Source: Gammaproteobacteria bacterium
GTDB taxonomy: Bacteria; Pseudomonadota; Gammaproteobacteria; Porifericomitales; Porifericomitaceae
Reading direction: 5' to 3'
Assembly: GCA_014238615.1 (NCBI GenBank)
Contig: JABAAT010000024.1
Coordinates: 104,234 to 168,233, forward strand
DNA length: 64,000 nucleotides
The notes beneath the pieces were generated by a model. The model searched no databases. It was not told where the DNA came from and was given only the letters and a program-made list of their open reading frames with translations. Shown in pieces: positions 9,061-21,400 of this stretch. Position 1 is the stretch's first letter, and every line of letters starts with the position of its first letter. A program made the position numbers and the translations under genes.

Positions 9061-10383
9061 ATGGATACCTCCTACTGGGCGCTGACCATGTTCCCGGCCC
9101 TGCTGCTACTGCTGCTGCTCGGCTATCCCATCGCCCCCACCTTGGGCGCCGTGTCCCTGGGCTTCGGCCTGCTCTTCCTGGAACCGGGGTTTTTCGATCT
9201 GCTGCCCCTGCGGATCTGGGGCATCATGACCAATTTCACCCTGCTTGCGGTGCCCCTGTTTATCTTCATGGGCATGCTGTTGCAGCGCTCCGGCCTCGCC
9301 GAGGAACTGCTGGAGACCACCAGCCTGCTGTGCGCCGGGCTGCGCGGCGGCATGGCGCTGGCGGTGATCGCGGTGGGCGCACTGTTCGCCGCCGCCACCG
9401 GCATTGTCGGCGCCACCGTAGTCACCCTGGGCATCATCGCCCTGCCCGGCATGCTACGTCACGCTTATGCGCCGTCCCTGGCTGCGGGCACCATCACCGC
9501 CTCCGGCACGCTGGGGCAGATCATCCCCCCCAGCATCGTGCTTATCTTGCTGGGGGATATCCTGGGGTTGTCGGTAGGCAAACTGTTCATGGCGGCGCTA
9601 CTGCCGGGGCTGCTGCTGGTGCTGTTGTTCATGGTCTATGTGCTGATACTGGTGCGGTGTCGTCCGGCCATGGCGCCGATGCCGCAACGCCTGGATCAGG
9701 CTTCCAGGAAACAGCTGAAACTGCGGGCCCTGCGTAGCCTGATGCCGCCGCTGCTGCTCATCGGCGGCGTTCTGGGCTCTATCTTCTTTGGACTCGCGTC
9801 CCCCACGGAAGCGGCTGCAGTGGGCGCGGCCGGCGCCCTGCTGCTCGCCGTGCTGCTCGGAAGCCTGCGCCTCCAGGGAGTCCGGGAAAGCGCGCGGCAG
9901 ACGGTACGCCTAAGCAGCATGGTGTTCCTGGTGCTCATCGGCGCCACTTCCTTCGGCCTGGTGTTCCGGGGCATGGGCGGCGACCGCATCGTGGAGGAAC
10001 TGTTGATCGCCATGCCAGGCGGCCCATGGGGCTTCCTGCTGGTCAGCATGCTGTTGCTCTTCGTGCTCGGCATGTTTCTGGACTTCCTGGAAATCTGCTT
10101 CATCGTGGTGCCGCTGCTGGGGCCCATCGCGCAGCAGCTAGGCGTGGACACGCTGTGGTTCGCGGTGCTCATCGCGATTAACCTGCAAAGCTCTTTCATG
10201 ACCCCGCCTTTCGGCTTTTCGCTTTTTTACCTGAAGGCGGTCGCACCGCCCGACCTGAAACTGGGGGTGATCTACCGCGGAGCCCTGCCCTTCGTCGCCA
10301 TCCAGGCAGTCGTATTGCTGCTGGTGGCGGCCTGGCCGGCCCTGATACATTGGCTGCCGGGACTCGTGGAGCGCGCGTCTTAA
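9061..10383 (+). CDS. TRAP transporter large permease (DctM family)
   Basis: LLAVPLFIFMG, ASGTLGQIIPPS, SPTEAAAVGA, NLQSSFMTPPFG. Confidence 0.93.
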   Translation: MDTSYWALTMFPALLLLLLLGYPIAPTLGAVSLGFGLLFLEPGFFDLLPLRIWGIMTNFTLLAVPLFIFMGMLLQRSGLAEELLETTSLLCAGLRGGMALAVIAVGALFAAATGIVGATVVTLGIIALPGMLRHAYAPSLAAGTITASGTLGQIIPPSIVLILLGDILGLSVGKLFMAALLPGLLLVLLFMVYVLILVRCRPAMAPMPQRLDQASRKQLKLRALRSLMPPLLLIGGVLGSIFFGLASPTEAAAVGAAGALLLAVLLGSLRLQGVRESARQTVRLSSMVFLVLIGATSFGLVFRGMGGDRIVEELLIAMPGGPWGFLLVSMLLLFVLGMFLDFLEICFIVVPLLGPIAQQLGVDTLWFAVLIAINLQSSFMTPPFGFSLFYLKAVAPPDLKLGVIYRGALPFVAIQAVVLLLVAAWPALIHWLPGLVERAS

Positions 10384-10395
10384 CTTCAGGACTGC

Positions 10396-10430
10396 AAAAA
10401 GAAAACCCCGCGCAGGGGGACTGCGCGGGG
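10396..10430 (-). terminator. Rho-independent terminator of groEL
   Basis: Stem CCCCGCGCAG/CTGCGCGGGG (10406-10430) followed on the minus strand by TTTTCTTTTT. Confidence 0.85.
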
Positions 10431-10485
10431 CATAAAAGCAGACAAATTTAAAAATAGACAGGACGTTGGAGAATCCAAAGCCTCC

Positions 10486-12485
<2,000 letters not shown>

Positions 12486-12596
12486 ACTTTCATCCTCTCC
12501 TCAACATGTAAAGTTTACGACTGGATTTAGGGAGTGTCTCAGGACGTCCGGAGGCTGTGCACAACCGGCGCAATCGGCCATCTGCCGATTATCTTG

Positions 12597-12623
12597 TTGG
12601 CACTATCCCCCGGTGAGTGCTAC
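12597..12623 (-). promoter_or_regulatory. CIRCE operator (HrcA site)
   Basis: Minus strand GTAGCACTC-N9-TAGTGCCAA versus consensus TTAGCACTC-N9-GAGTGCTAA, upstream of groES. Confidence 0.85.
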
Positions 12624-12624
12624 T

Positions 12625-12652
12625 ATTATAGGTACCCTTCCGGGAAATACAA
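12625..12652 (-). promoter_or_regulatory. groESL promoter
   Basis: Minus strand TTGTAT-N16-TATAAT immediately upstream of CIRCE. Confidence 0.65.
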
Positions 12653-12821
12653 GCCTCGGGCGCATTGCTGCCGAGCCGGGCTCCGCGGCCACCCGGAACC
12701 ACCAAGCGGTGCCGGGACGGCAACGCTTCCCGGGTGCTCCACGGGGCCTGCCAAGCGCCTGCCCCAAGCCGCAACGCAGGCGACGGCGGGGAAGCAGCGG
12801 CACTCCGTTATCATGTAGCTG

Positions 12822-13247
12822 ATGAAAAAGCCCACCACCACGCACTCCGACTCCGCCGGGGAGGCCGTGCTTCTGGTGCTCTGCAGCTGTCCCGGAGGAG
12901 ACGAGCAAGTCGCCCGGCAGATTGCCGCTGCATTGGCCGAACGGCGCCTGGCCGCCTGCGTCCATATTATCCCGGGCCTGCCCGCCCTGTTCCGCTGGGA
13001 GGGACGCCTGGAACAACAAGCCGAATGCCTGCTGCTGGCCAAAACCACGCGGGCCGCCTACCCGCGCCTGGAGCAGGAAGTGCTTGCCATGCATCCATAC
13101 AACGTCCCGGAAATCATCGCCATACCGCTCGCCCGGGGCCTGGAAAGCTACCTCTCCTGGGTCCGGGACAACACCCTGGCGGATACCCCGGACAGTCCAG
13201 CCGATCTGAACCGCGACTCCCCGGCGGCGCCCGGCACCATCACATGA
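12822..13247 (+). CDS. cutA: Divalent cation tolerance protein CutA
   Basis: RLAACVHI, FRWEG, HPYNVPEII. Confidence 0.93.
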   Translation: MKKPTTTHSDSAGEAVLLVLCSCPGGDEQVARQIAAALAERRLAACVHIIPGLPALFRWEGRLEQQAECLLLAKTTRAAYPRLEQEVLAMHPYNVPEIIAIPLARGLESYLSWVRDNTLADTPDSPADLNRDSPAAPGTIT

Positions 13248-15181
13248 ACAAGCCACGCGGCCCACTCCACGCCCAAAGCCGCGCCGCAGCCTGGCTCCTG
13301 CCGTGGTTGCTCGCGCTCGGCACGGTCCACGCCGCAGTCGGTGACAGCCTCTCCGATTTCCTGGGCCGGGATTCCTGGCACGACGACATCCTGGAAGTAG
13401 AGGAGGCCTTCCCGGTCATCGCCGAGCTGCAGCCAGCGGCGCGGCGTATCCTGCTGCACTGGGATATCCAGCCCGGTTACTACCTGTACCGCGACAAGTT
13501 CAGCTTCGCGGCGCGGGCGCTGCGCCTGGGCGAGGCCGGGCTGCCGGAGGGCGTGCCGGAGGAGGACCCGGAATTCGGCATGGTGCAGGTGCTGGAAGGC
13601 AACCAGACCATCACGCTGCCCTTCATCACGGAGGATAGCGGCCCGGTACCGGCGCACTTGGAAATAACCTACCAGGGCTGCAAGCGTGACACCCTCTGCT
13701 ACCCGGTAGCACGGCACGGCTTTGAGCTTCCCCTTGGAGACAGCGGCGCAGGCGGGGGCTCCGCCGTCTGGATTCCCGGCACGGCACTGGCGGCGCCCAC
13801 CGCCGTTGTCGCAGAACCCTCGCCCGTCATACCCGGCGGCGCTATTCAGGATTTCTTCAGCACCCTGCGCAACGGCAACGCCTGGCTCATCTTGTCGGCC
13901 TTCTTCGCCGCCGGCCTGTTACTGGCCTTCACCCCCTGCATTCTGCCGATGCTGCCCATCCTTTCCGGGATCATCGTCGGCGAACGGGCCTCCGGGCGGC
14001 GGGCCTTGCTGATCTCGGGAAATTACGTCCTGGGCATGGCCCTGACTTACGCCCTGTTCGGCCTGGTTGCCGGGCTCATGCACTACAACCTGCAGGCCGC
14101 CCTGCAACTTCCCTGGGTGCTGATCCTGTTCAGCGCGATCTTCGTGGCCCTGGCCTTGTCCATGTTTGACGTCTTCTCCCTGCAGGCGCCGGCGGCCCTG
14201 CAAACGCGCCTGGCGGCGCTCGGGAGCAACCGCGCCGGGCTGGTCAAGGCATCCGTGATGGGCGTTGCCTCGGCGCTCATCGTCGGCCCCTGCGTAGCAC
14301 CCGCCATCGTTGGAGCGCTGCTGTTTATCAGCGTCGCCGGTGAACCACTGCGCGGTGCCATGGCGCTGTTTACCCTGGGCCTGGGGATGGGTGCGCCGCT
14401 GCTGGCGGTCGGCGTTCTAGGCGGACATATCCTGCCGCGCGCCGGCCTCTGGATGGTGCGCATCCGGCAGGGCTTCGGTGTGCTCATGCTGGGAGTCGCC
14501 CTGTGGCTCCTGGGCCGCGTGCTGCCGGATGACTTCATGTTGCTGTTGTGGGCCGCCCTATGCATCGCGGTGGGGATCGTTTATCTGGGCGCTCTGGAAC
14601 CAGCGCCCACGCCGCGCCTGCTCGACCGCTTCCCCAAGGCGCTGGGCGCCGTCCTGCTCATCTATGGAGCCGCCCTGCTGGTCGGCGCCACCGTGGGCGG
14701 CGGCAGACCGGCCCAACCACTGGCCGGGCTGCGCGGCTCCGAAACAGGCGATGCCGCCTCAAGCCAGGCCGACTTCCGCACCATCAGCGACTACTCGGAA
14801 CTGCAGGCCGCCCTGGACGAAGCCGGGCGCATCGGGCAACCCACCCTGCTCAAGTTCCACGCCGAATGGTGTGTGACTTGCAAAAAGCTCGACGACGTCA
14901 CTTTCCCGGCTCCCGAAGTACAGGCCGTTCTGTCCGGGGCCATGCTGCTGCTGGCGGATGTCACCGACTACGAGGCGCACCGGGGGCTGCTGCGGAAACT
15001 GGACCTGGTGGGGCCACCGGCGGTGCTGTTTTTCGGCGCCGACGGTCGGGAGCGCAGCGTCTATCGGCTCCAGGGCTTTCTGAACGCCACCGATTTCAGC
15101 CGGCGCGCGCGCCAGGCTTTGTGGGGTGACGGGGAAAGCGCCCGGGGAAGCGCGGGGCAGGCGGCGACGGGCGATGCGTAA
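13244..15181 (+). CDS. dsbD: Thiol:disulfide interchange protein DsbD
   Basis: GYYLYRDK, QGC..LCY, FTPCILPM, GPCVAP, WCVTC; ATG overlaps the cutA stop. Confidence 0.95.
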   Translation: MNKPRGPLHAQSRAAAWLLPWLLALGTVHAAVGDSLSDFLGRDSWHDDILEVEEAFPVIAELQPAARRILLHWDIQPGYYLYRDKFSFAARALRLGEAGLPEGVPEEDPEFGMVQVLEGNQTITLPFITEDSGPVPAHLEITYQGCKRDTLCYPVARHGFELPLGDSGAGGGSAVWIPGTALAAPTAVVAEPSPVIPGGAIQDFFSTLRNGNAWLILSAFFAAGLLLAFTPCILPMLPILSGIIVGERASGRRALLISGNYVLGMALTYALFGLVAGLMHYNLQAALQLPWVLILFSAIFVALALSMFDVFSLQAPAALQTRLAALGSNRAGLVKASVMGVASALIVGPCVAPAIVGALLFISVAGEPLRGAMALFTLGLGMGAPLLAVGVLGGHILPRAGLWMVRIRQGFGVLMLGVALWLLGRVLPDDFMLLLWAALCIAVGIVYLGALEPAPTPRLLDRFPKALGAVLLIYGAALLVGATVGGGRPAQPLAGLRGSETGDAASSQADFRTISDYSELQAALDEAGRIGQPTLLKFHAEWCVTCKKLDDVTFPAPEVQAVLSGAMLLLADVTDYEAHRGLLRKLDLVGPPAVLFFGADGRERSVYRLQGFLNATDFSRRARQALWGDGESARGSAGQAATGDA

Positions 15182-15222
15182 GGCCCGTCCACCGGCGTAA
15201 CCAGCGGGGCTAACGAAGAACA

Positions 15223-15750
15223 ATGCCCAGGCCGTCACGCGGCCGCGCTTCGGCAGGCGCGGCCGCCTTACTCACATGCGTCCTCACCGTGGCCGCGCCA
15301 GCCGGGTGCTTACACGTTGAACAAGCGGATCACGGGGCGTTGCCGAAGCTGACACTGCGACAGCTGGACGGCTGGCTACGCGAACTCTCGGAAGAATGGA
15401 GGGGCCGGGTGCTGCTGGTCAACCTGTGGGCTACCTGGTGCCTGCCCTGCCGCAAGGAGATCCCCGAATTCATTGAACTGCAGGAGCGGCACGGCGCTGC
15501 GGGGTTGCAGGTCCTCGGCATCGCTCTGGATGAGGAGGAGCGGGTCAGGCAATACTTGGCCGACCATGCGGTGAACTACCCGATACTGCTGGCCGGAGAT
15601 CAAAGCTATCGGCTGACTGAAGAACTCGACAACCCGGAATTCCTGCTGCCTTTTTCCGTCATCGTCAACCGCTCCGGCCGCATCGTTTTCCGGAAAACAG
15701 GCCGTCTGCACAGCGCCGAAGCGGAATCCGTCCTGCTCTCCCTGCTTTAG
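15223..15750 (+). CDS. TlpA-family disulfide reductase
   Basis: LVNLWATWCLPCRKEIP, NYPIL. Confidence 0.88.
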   Translation: MPRPSRGRASAGAAALLTCVLTVAAPAGCLHVEQADHGALPKLTLRQLDGWLRELSEEWRGRVLLVNLWATWCLPCRKEIPEFIELQERHGAAGLQVLGIALDEEERVRQYLADHAVNYPILLAGDQSYRLTEELDNPEFLLPFSVIVNRSGRIVFRKTGRLHSAEAESVLLSLL

Positions 15751-15862
15751 GCCCCTGCACCGCCCCGCTCCCGGGACGAAGCGCCCGCCGTGACGAAACG
15801 TGTTGATGCTTTTTACAGCACTTTTGGTCACGGCCGGGACGGAGAGGCTGACGGCTTGAAAA

Positions 15863-15892
15863 TTGAAAATCGAAGGGCTTTTGTCTTATAAT
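15863..15892 (+). promoter_or_regulatory. sigma70-like promoter of aroQ-accBC
   Basis: TTGAAA-N18-TATAAT in an AT-rich intergenic patch. Confidence 0.55.
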
Positions 15893-16010
15893 CAGCGGGG
15901 AAGTTCTTTGAAAAGAATCGATCTTCTCGTCAAATAACCAGAATCCGGAGGGAACTCTCCCCTCTGGAAATCTGGAGTGTTGAAGTATTCCGGAGGCATA
16001 TTCATTCGTC

Positions 16011-16457
16011 ATGGCAAAGCTCGTACTGGTGTTGCACGGCCCCAACCTGGGCCGGCTCGGTCAAAGGGAGCCGGAAATCTACGGTACTTCCACCTTGGCC
16101 GAAGTGAACAGTACCCTGCAAGACCAGGCCGCCGACCTCGGCCTGGAGCTACGCTGCTTCCAAAGCAATGCGGAACACGCCCTGCTGGAATGCATCCACG
16201 CCGCGGCCGGGGAGGCATCCTTCATCATCATCAATCCCGGGGCCCTGACGCACACCAGCGTGGCCCTGCGCGACGCATTACTGGACGCGGGACTACCCTT
16301 CATCGAGGTGCACATCTCCAATCCCTATGCACGTGAGCCCTTCCGCCACCACTCCTATTTGCGGGACGCGGCCACGGGAGTCATCTGCGGGCTGGGCGTA
16401 CAGGGCTACGAACTGGCCCTGCAGGCCGCCGCCGGCCAGCTGCGCGCGACGCACTGA
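16011..16457 (+). CDS. aroQ: Type II 3-dehydroquinate dehydratase
   Basis: [41 protein letters not shown]. Confidence 0.97.
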   Translation: MAKLVLVLHGPNLGRLGQREPEIYGTSTLAEVNSTLQDQAADLGLELRCFQSNAEHALLECIHAAAGEASFIIINPGALTHTSVALRDALLDAGLPFIEVHISNPYAREPFRHHSYLRDAATGVICGLGVQGYELALQAAAGQLRATH

Positions 16458-16464
16458 AGCCGCC

Positions 16465-16893
16465 ATGGACCTGCGTAAGATCAAAAAGCTCATGACGTTG
16501 CTGGAAAATTCCGGCCTGGATGAACTGGAACTGCGCGAGGGTGAGGAAACCATACGCCTGCGCCGCAACAGGGTTCTGGAGCACGAAACCGCCCCGGCGG
16601 CGACGCCGCAAGACGGGGAGCGCGGAAAACAACAGCCGGAGACGGAACAGGAGGCATCCGGGCACACGGTTCGATCCCCCATGGTGGGCATCTTCTACGC
16701 TTCCCCCAAGCCGGACAGCCCGCCTTTCGTGAAAATCGGACAGCAGGTACGCAAAGGCGAGGTGCTGTGCATCATTGAAGCGATGAAAGTCATGAACCAA
16801 ATTGAGGCTGACGGCGACGGTGTGATCACTCGGGTTCTGGTGGAAAACGGCGCCCCGGTGGAATACCGGCAGGCCCTTTTCCAGCTGCGCTGA
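16465..16893 (+). CDS. accB: Biotin carboxyl carrier protein
   Basis: [23 protein letters not shown]. Confidence 0.96.
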   Translation: MDLRKIKKLMTLLENSGLDELELREGEETIRLRRNRVLEHETAPAATPQDGERGKQQPETEQEASGHTVRSPMVGIFYASPKPDSPPFVKIGQQVRKGEVLCIIEAMKVMNQIEADGDGVITRVLVENGAPVEYRQALFQLR

Positions 16894-16922
16894 CGAGTCC
16901 CGCCGCCACCCACGGCGCCGCC

Positions 16923-18269
16923 ATGTTCAACAAGATTGTGATCGCCAACCGTGGCGAGATCGCCCTGCGCATCCTGCGCGGCTGTAAAGAGCTGGGTATC
17001 CAAACCGTGGCTGTTTACTCCGAGGCCGATCGTGAGCAGAAACATGTCCTGCTCGCCGACGAATCGGTTTGCATCGGCCCTCCGCCCCCCTCCGACAGCT
17101 ACCTGCATATACCGGCCGTCATCAGCGCCGCTGAGATCACCGACGCCGAGGCCATCCACCCAGGTTACGGTTTCCTTGCCGAAAACGCTGACTTCGCCGA
17201 GCAGGTGGAGCAAAGCGGCTTTTGTTTCATCGGCCCCCGCCCGGCTACCCTGCGTCTCATGGGCGACAAGCTGCGCGCCAAGGAAGAAGTTCAGAGGCTC
17301 GGCCTGAACTGCGTCCCAGGCGGCACCGGGGCCCTGCCCGAGGGGTCCGAAGCCTGCCTGACCATGGCCAGGCACATCGGCTTCCCCGTGCTCATCAAGG
17401 CCGCCGCCGGCGGTGGCGGACGCGGCATGCGCGTGGTCCACAGCGAAGCCATGTTGCTGAACGCCGTGAGTCTCACGCGCGCCGAAGCCGGAACAGCTTT
17501 CGGTGACAACACCCTGTACCTGGAAAAATACCTGGAGCGCCCCAGGCACATCGAGATCCAGGTGCTCGCCGACGGCAAGGGGAACTGCATCCACCTGGGA
17601 GAACGCGATTGCTCCATACAGCGCCGCCATCAGAAGCTGATCGAGGAGGCCCCGGCTCCCTTTATCGAACCCAGGCAACGTGAAAACCTGGGGAAACGCT
17701 GCGTCGAGATCTGCCACTCCCTGAACTACCGCGGCGCCGGCACCATGGAGTTCCTATACGAAAACGACAACTTCTACTTTATCGAGATGAACACCCGTAT
17801 CCAGGTGGAGCACCCGGTCACCGAGATGATTACCGGCATCGACCTGGTCAAGGAGCAGATCCGTCTCGCCGCCGGGGCCGAGCTCGGCATCAAGCAAAAA
17901 GAGTTGCGCCCGCGCGGATGGGCCATCGAGTGCCGCATCAACGCCGAGCACCCGGAAACCTTCCGCCCCAGCCCCGGCACCATCACCCACTACCACGCCC
18001 CCGGAGGCCCCGGGGTGCGCATGGACACCCACATCTACCAGAACTACAGCATTCCCCCCTACTACGACTCCCTCATCGGCAAACTGGTTGCAAGCGGCAA
18101 CAGCAGGGAGGAAGCCCTGGCCCGCCTGGACAATGCACTGCACGAGATCATCATAGAAGGCACGGACACCAACCTCCCCCTGCTACGCCGCCTGGTAAGA
18201 GACGCCGACTTTCGGAACGGAGCACTGCACATCCACTTCCTGGAACAATGGATGAAAAGCGAAGGCTGA
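16923..18269 (+). CDS. accC: Biotin carboxylase
   Basis: [47 protein letters not shown]. Confidence 0.98.
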   Translation: MFNKIVIANRGEIALRILRGCKELGIQTVAVYSEADREQKHVLLADESVCIGPPPPSDSYLHIPAVISAAEITDAEAIHPGYGFLAENADFAEQVEQSGFCFIGPRPATLRLMGDKLRAKEEVQRLGLNCVPGGTGALPEGSEACLTMARHIGFPVLIKAAAGGGGRGMRVVHSEAMLLNAVSLTRAEAGTAFGDNTLYLEKYLERPRHIEIQVLADGKGNCIHLGERDCSIQRRHQKLIEEAPAPFIEPRQRENLGKRCVEICHSLNYRGAGTMEFLYENDNFYFIEMNTRIQVEHPVTEMITGIDLVKEQIRLAAGAELGIKQKELRPRGWAIECRINAEHPETFRPSPGTITHYHAPGGPGVRMDTHIYQNYSIPPYYDSLIGKLVASGNSREEALARLDNALHEIIIEGTDTNLPLLRRLVRDADFRNGALHIHFLEQWMKSEG

Positions 18270-18459
18270 ACCCGGCGCCCCTCAAGGCTCCCCCCGCGCA
18301 ACACATACGAACGCGGACAACCACCCCACGTATATGATCCCCCGAATCAAAACCCTGGTGCCGAGGCAAAAACGCAAAAGGTTCTGTCCATCTTCTCCAG
18401 CCTTGCCGGTGGGCGCTCCCACCTGGGACATGGGCGCGGGCTTTGCTTCGCTCCTGTTT

Positions 18460-21400
18460 CTAGGGGGCGATGACCGGTCCCTTCTTGATGAGCTCCAGGA
18501 GTCGCTGTTTACTCTTCCTGGTCCATTGCTCTACGTCTTCCGGGGTGCGTAGAGCGGCGCCTTGGAGTTCCGCCTGCTGTGCTTCCGGTTCTGTTTGCCG
18601 CACTGCCTGCAGGAAGGCCTCTCTGAAGAGCTGTGGGAAAGCGGCCTTGTTCCTGCTCCAGGTTTCCAGGGAAACCTGCTCCAGGGATTGTCTTAGCTCC
18701 TCCGTGGTGCCTATGGGGCCCTTGTCTATTTCCTGGTCCAGCCCGGCCGCAACCAGGATCTTGTACTGCTCTTCCTCTTCGAGTTTCCGCCAGCTCGTTG
18801 CCTCCTGGAGCCTGCCTTTCTCCTGTTCGTAAGCCGCCGCATACCCCTGCTCGGCCGCGATGAGGATGTTGCGTAGTTCTGTTGCCAGTTTCTGCTCCAT
18901 GATATCCATGGGATTTTCCGACTGGAGCAGGTTGCGGTTCTGCCTGATTGAACCAAGTTGTTGACTCAGCTCCCTGGCGATGGGGAGGCCTTTTGCGTGT
19001 ATCAGCAATTCGAGGAGTTGCCTGTATTGTCTTGTGCGCTTCTGTTGGAGCTCTGCCTGCTCTCTCCATTCCTGGATCTCCTTTTGGAGTTGCTTGCGCC
19101 GGGCGTGGATGGCCTGTAACCTCCCTTCGCCTGGCCTGCCCTGCATGTCCTTGAGGTGACTGGTGTCCGGGGGCTTAGGGAAGGGGGGGTCTCCTCCTAT
19201 TCTTTCGGCCAGGGCTGTCACCTCGTTCAAGTATTTATCCGCTGCATCCGCCTCCTCCCCGGGTTGGCACGAGATGCCCGCTTCCTGGAACAGCTCCCTT
19301 AGCTCAGTGAGCTGCGGGGCGCCGATGGTGGGGCTCTCTCCGTGGAATTCCGCGGCGTGGATCTTTCCCTGGACCATGACGTCCGCCCGCAGGGGTTTGC
19401 CATCGAGGCTCGCGTGCAGGCGGCCAGCGTCGCAGAGGCTCATGATGACGCTGTCTATGACGTCCCTGGGCCAGCCGTATGGGGGTGCCGCGAAGTGCTC
19501 CCTGATCTGCCCGCCCTTCCTGCCGGGTCCTACCTGCTCAAGCACCATGGCGCATACGGGATGCTGCTCCACGGGGCCTCGATATCCCAAGGGTCCCAGG
19601 GGGGCGTCCGAGCCTGCCTGGGTGAGATCCAGAACCTGCCTCCAGCGCTTGTCGTCCACATGGTGGAATTCGTGGAACAGGCGCTCCTGTGCATTCCTTG
19701 CCCCCTGGATGAGCTTCTTGATGGTGCTCGCCTCCTGGATTTCCTCGCCCCCGCCCTGGAAGATCCTGACCTCCCGCATGAGCTTTTGCACCAGCCTCTT
19801 GCGTTCCTGCTCGGCGTCCCGGACCCGGGTCGCCAGTACCCGGCGCACCTCCTCGTCCTCGGAGGAGACGGGGGAGCCCTTGTCGGCCAAGGTTTCCCTG
19901 GCCGCTTCCTCGCCGGCGATCGCTACAGAGAGATCGTCCGAGTGTTCCCTGGGAATAAAGGCATACAGCAATGGACTCTCTGTGCCGGCGGCACGGGCGG
20001 TCTGCTCTACTTCTTTCTCCCCGGTGTTCCAGCCGTCCCGGATCCAGACGGGGATGGCGGTGCTGTCTCCCCTGGGCGCCTCGTGACCGATGTGCCAGGT
20101 GAGCTTGCGGGGTGTCTTGTATTCTCCCTGCATCAGGCTGATAGACTCCACGTACTCCTTGGTCTCCTCCTGGAGAACCTCGGTGCGTGTGACGCTGAGC
20201 CGCGCCTGGTCTTCCATGAATGCCTTGCGACGTTTTCTGAACTCCTTCTCCCATTCGCTTCCTTCCCGGGTCTGCAAGGCGTATTCGTCCCCCTCCAACT
20301 TCACCAGGATGCCCTCCTGTACCAGCTTTTCCAGGGCTTCCGGGAGTTCCTGCCGCAGCTTGTCGCGATCCCGCTCCAGGTCTTTCACCAACAGGTCTGT
20401 CAGGCTTTCCGTGGTAGCGCGCACCCCCAGATCGGCTTCCTTCCCGCGCGGCAGCCTGCCGATCAAGAACACCAGGCTGCAGATGCCGGCGCGCAGATCA
20501 CCCCCGGGGGTGCCATCGCCCAAGGCGGTGATCCGGTCATGGACCTCTCGCGGCAACTGGCCGGACTGCAGCAGGTTGGATGCGATCTGCCCGTACAGGA
20601 AGTCCGTGGGCACCACGGTGCCCAGGGGATCCTCCGCGGTGGCGCGGGCCGCCTCGTAGATGATGCGCAGCTGTGTGCGCAGCCGGTCGGTGCCGCCAGT
20701 GTGGTGCAGGGAGCGCAGGATTTCCACCCAGAAGCGGCGCCGCACCGGAAGCAGCGGGTAGTCCTGGATCAGGGCTTCCTCGTCCTCGGCGGCGGTTTTA
20801 AGCCTGGTGTGTGACAGCTGCCGGTGCGCCTCGCCGGAATTCCATTCCAGTATTTCGCGTAACGAGGAGATGCAGTTCTCTTTCTTGGCCAGCACGACCT
20901 TGCGCACGACCTGCTCCACGTCGTTGTCGGAAAGCTGGACGTTCACCGTGAAGAGGCCCTGGAGCGGCTGCAAGGCGGAGGCAGCCTGCAGGGCCGACTG
21001 ACCGATCCCCAGGAGCAACAGCTTGCCGCCGAAACGCTTGCCGCAGGCCTCAACCACCTCCTGGAAATCCTGGGTACGCGAGCTGTCCTCGCCGAGGTAT
21101 GGCTGGACCTCGTCCAGAAGGATCGCGGTACAGGGGATGGCCGAGCGCTCCGTCAGGACCTCCCGGATGGTGGCCACGAACTCATCGGTGTTGATGTCGT
21201 CCACATCCTTGTATTGTGCGCGCAGCAAGACGCCGACGTCCTTTGCATCTTTGGCGAAGTTCGGATTGATTTTCAGCAGGGTCTTCGAGACGTAGGGGCT
21301 GACGTACATATCGCGCAGCTCCTGTTCAAAATTGCGCTTCTCCTCATGGAGCGCGGCCACCATGGGAGTGTACAGCTTGTTCCGCCTGAGCCACAGGGTG

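Noticed and set aside
12665..13243. 838-aa extended DsbD
   Set aside because: The extension overlaps cutA in another frame and is low-complexity; the real start is ATG 13244
18270..18459. pglX remnant downstream of brxC
   Set aside because: No recognisable PglX N-terminus in the minus-strand frames; only a small GGTGGG-AGCG-CCCACC hairpin
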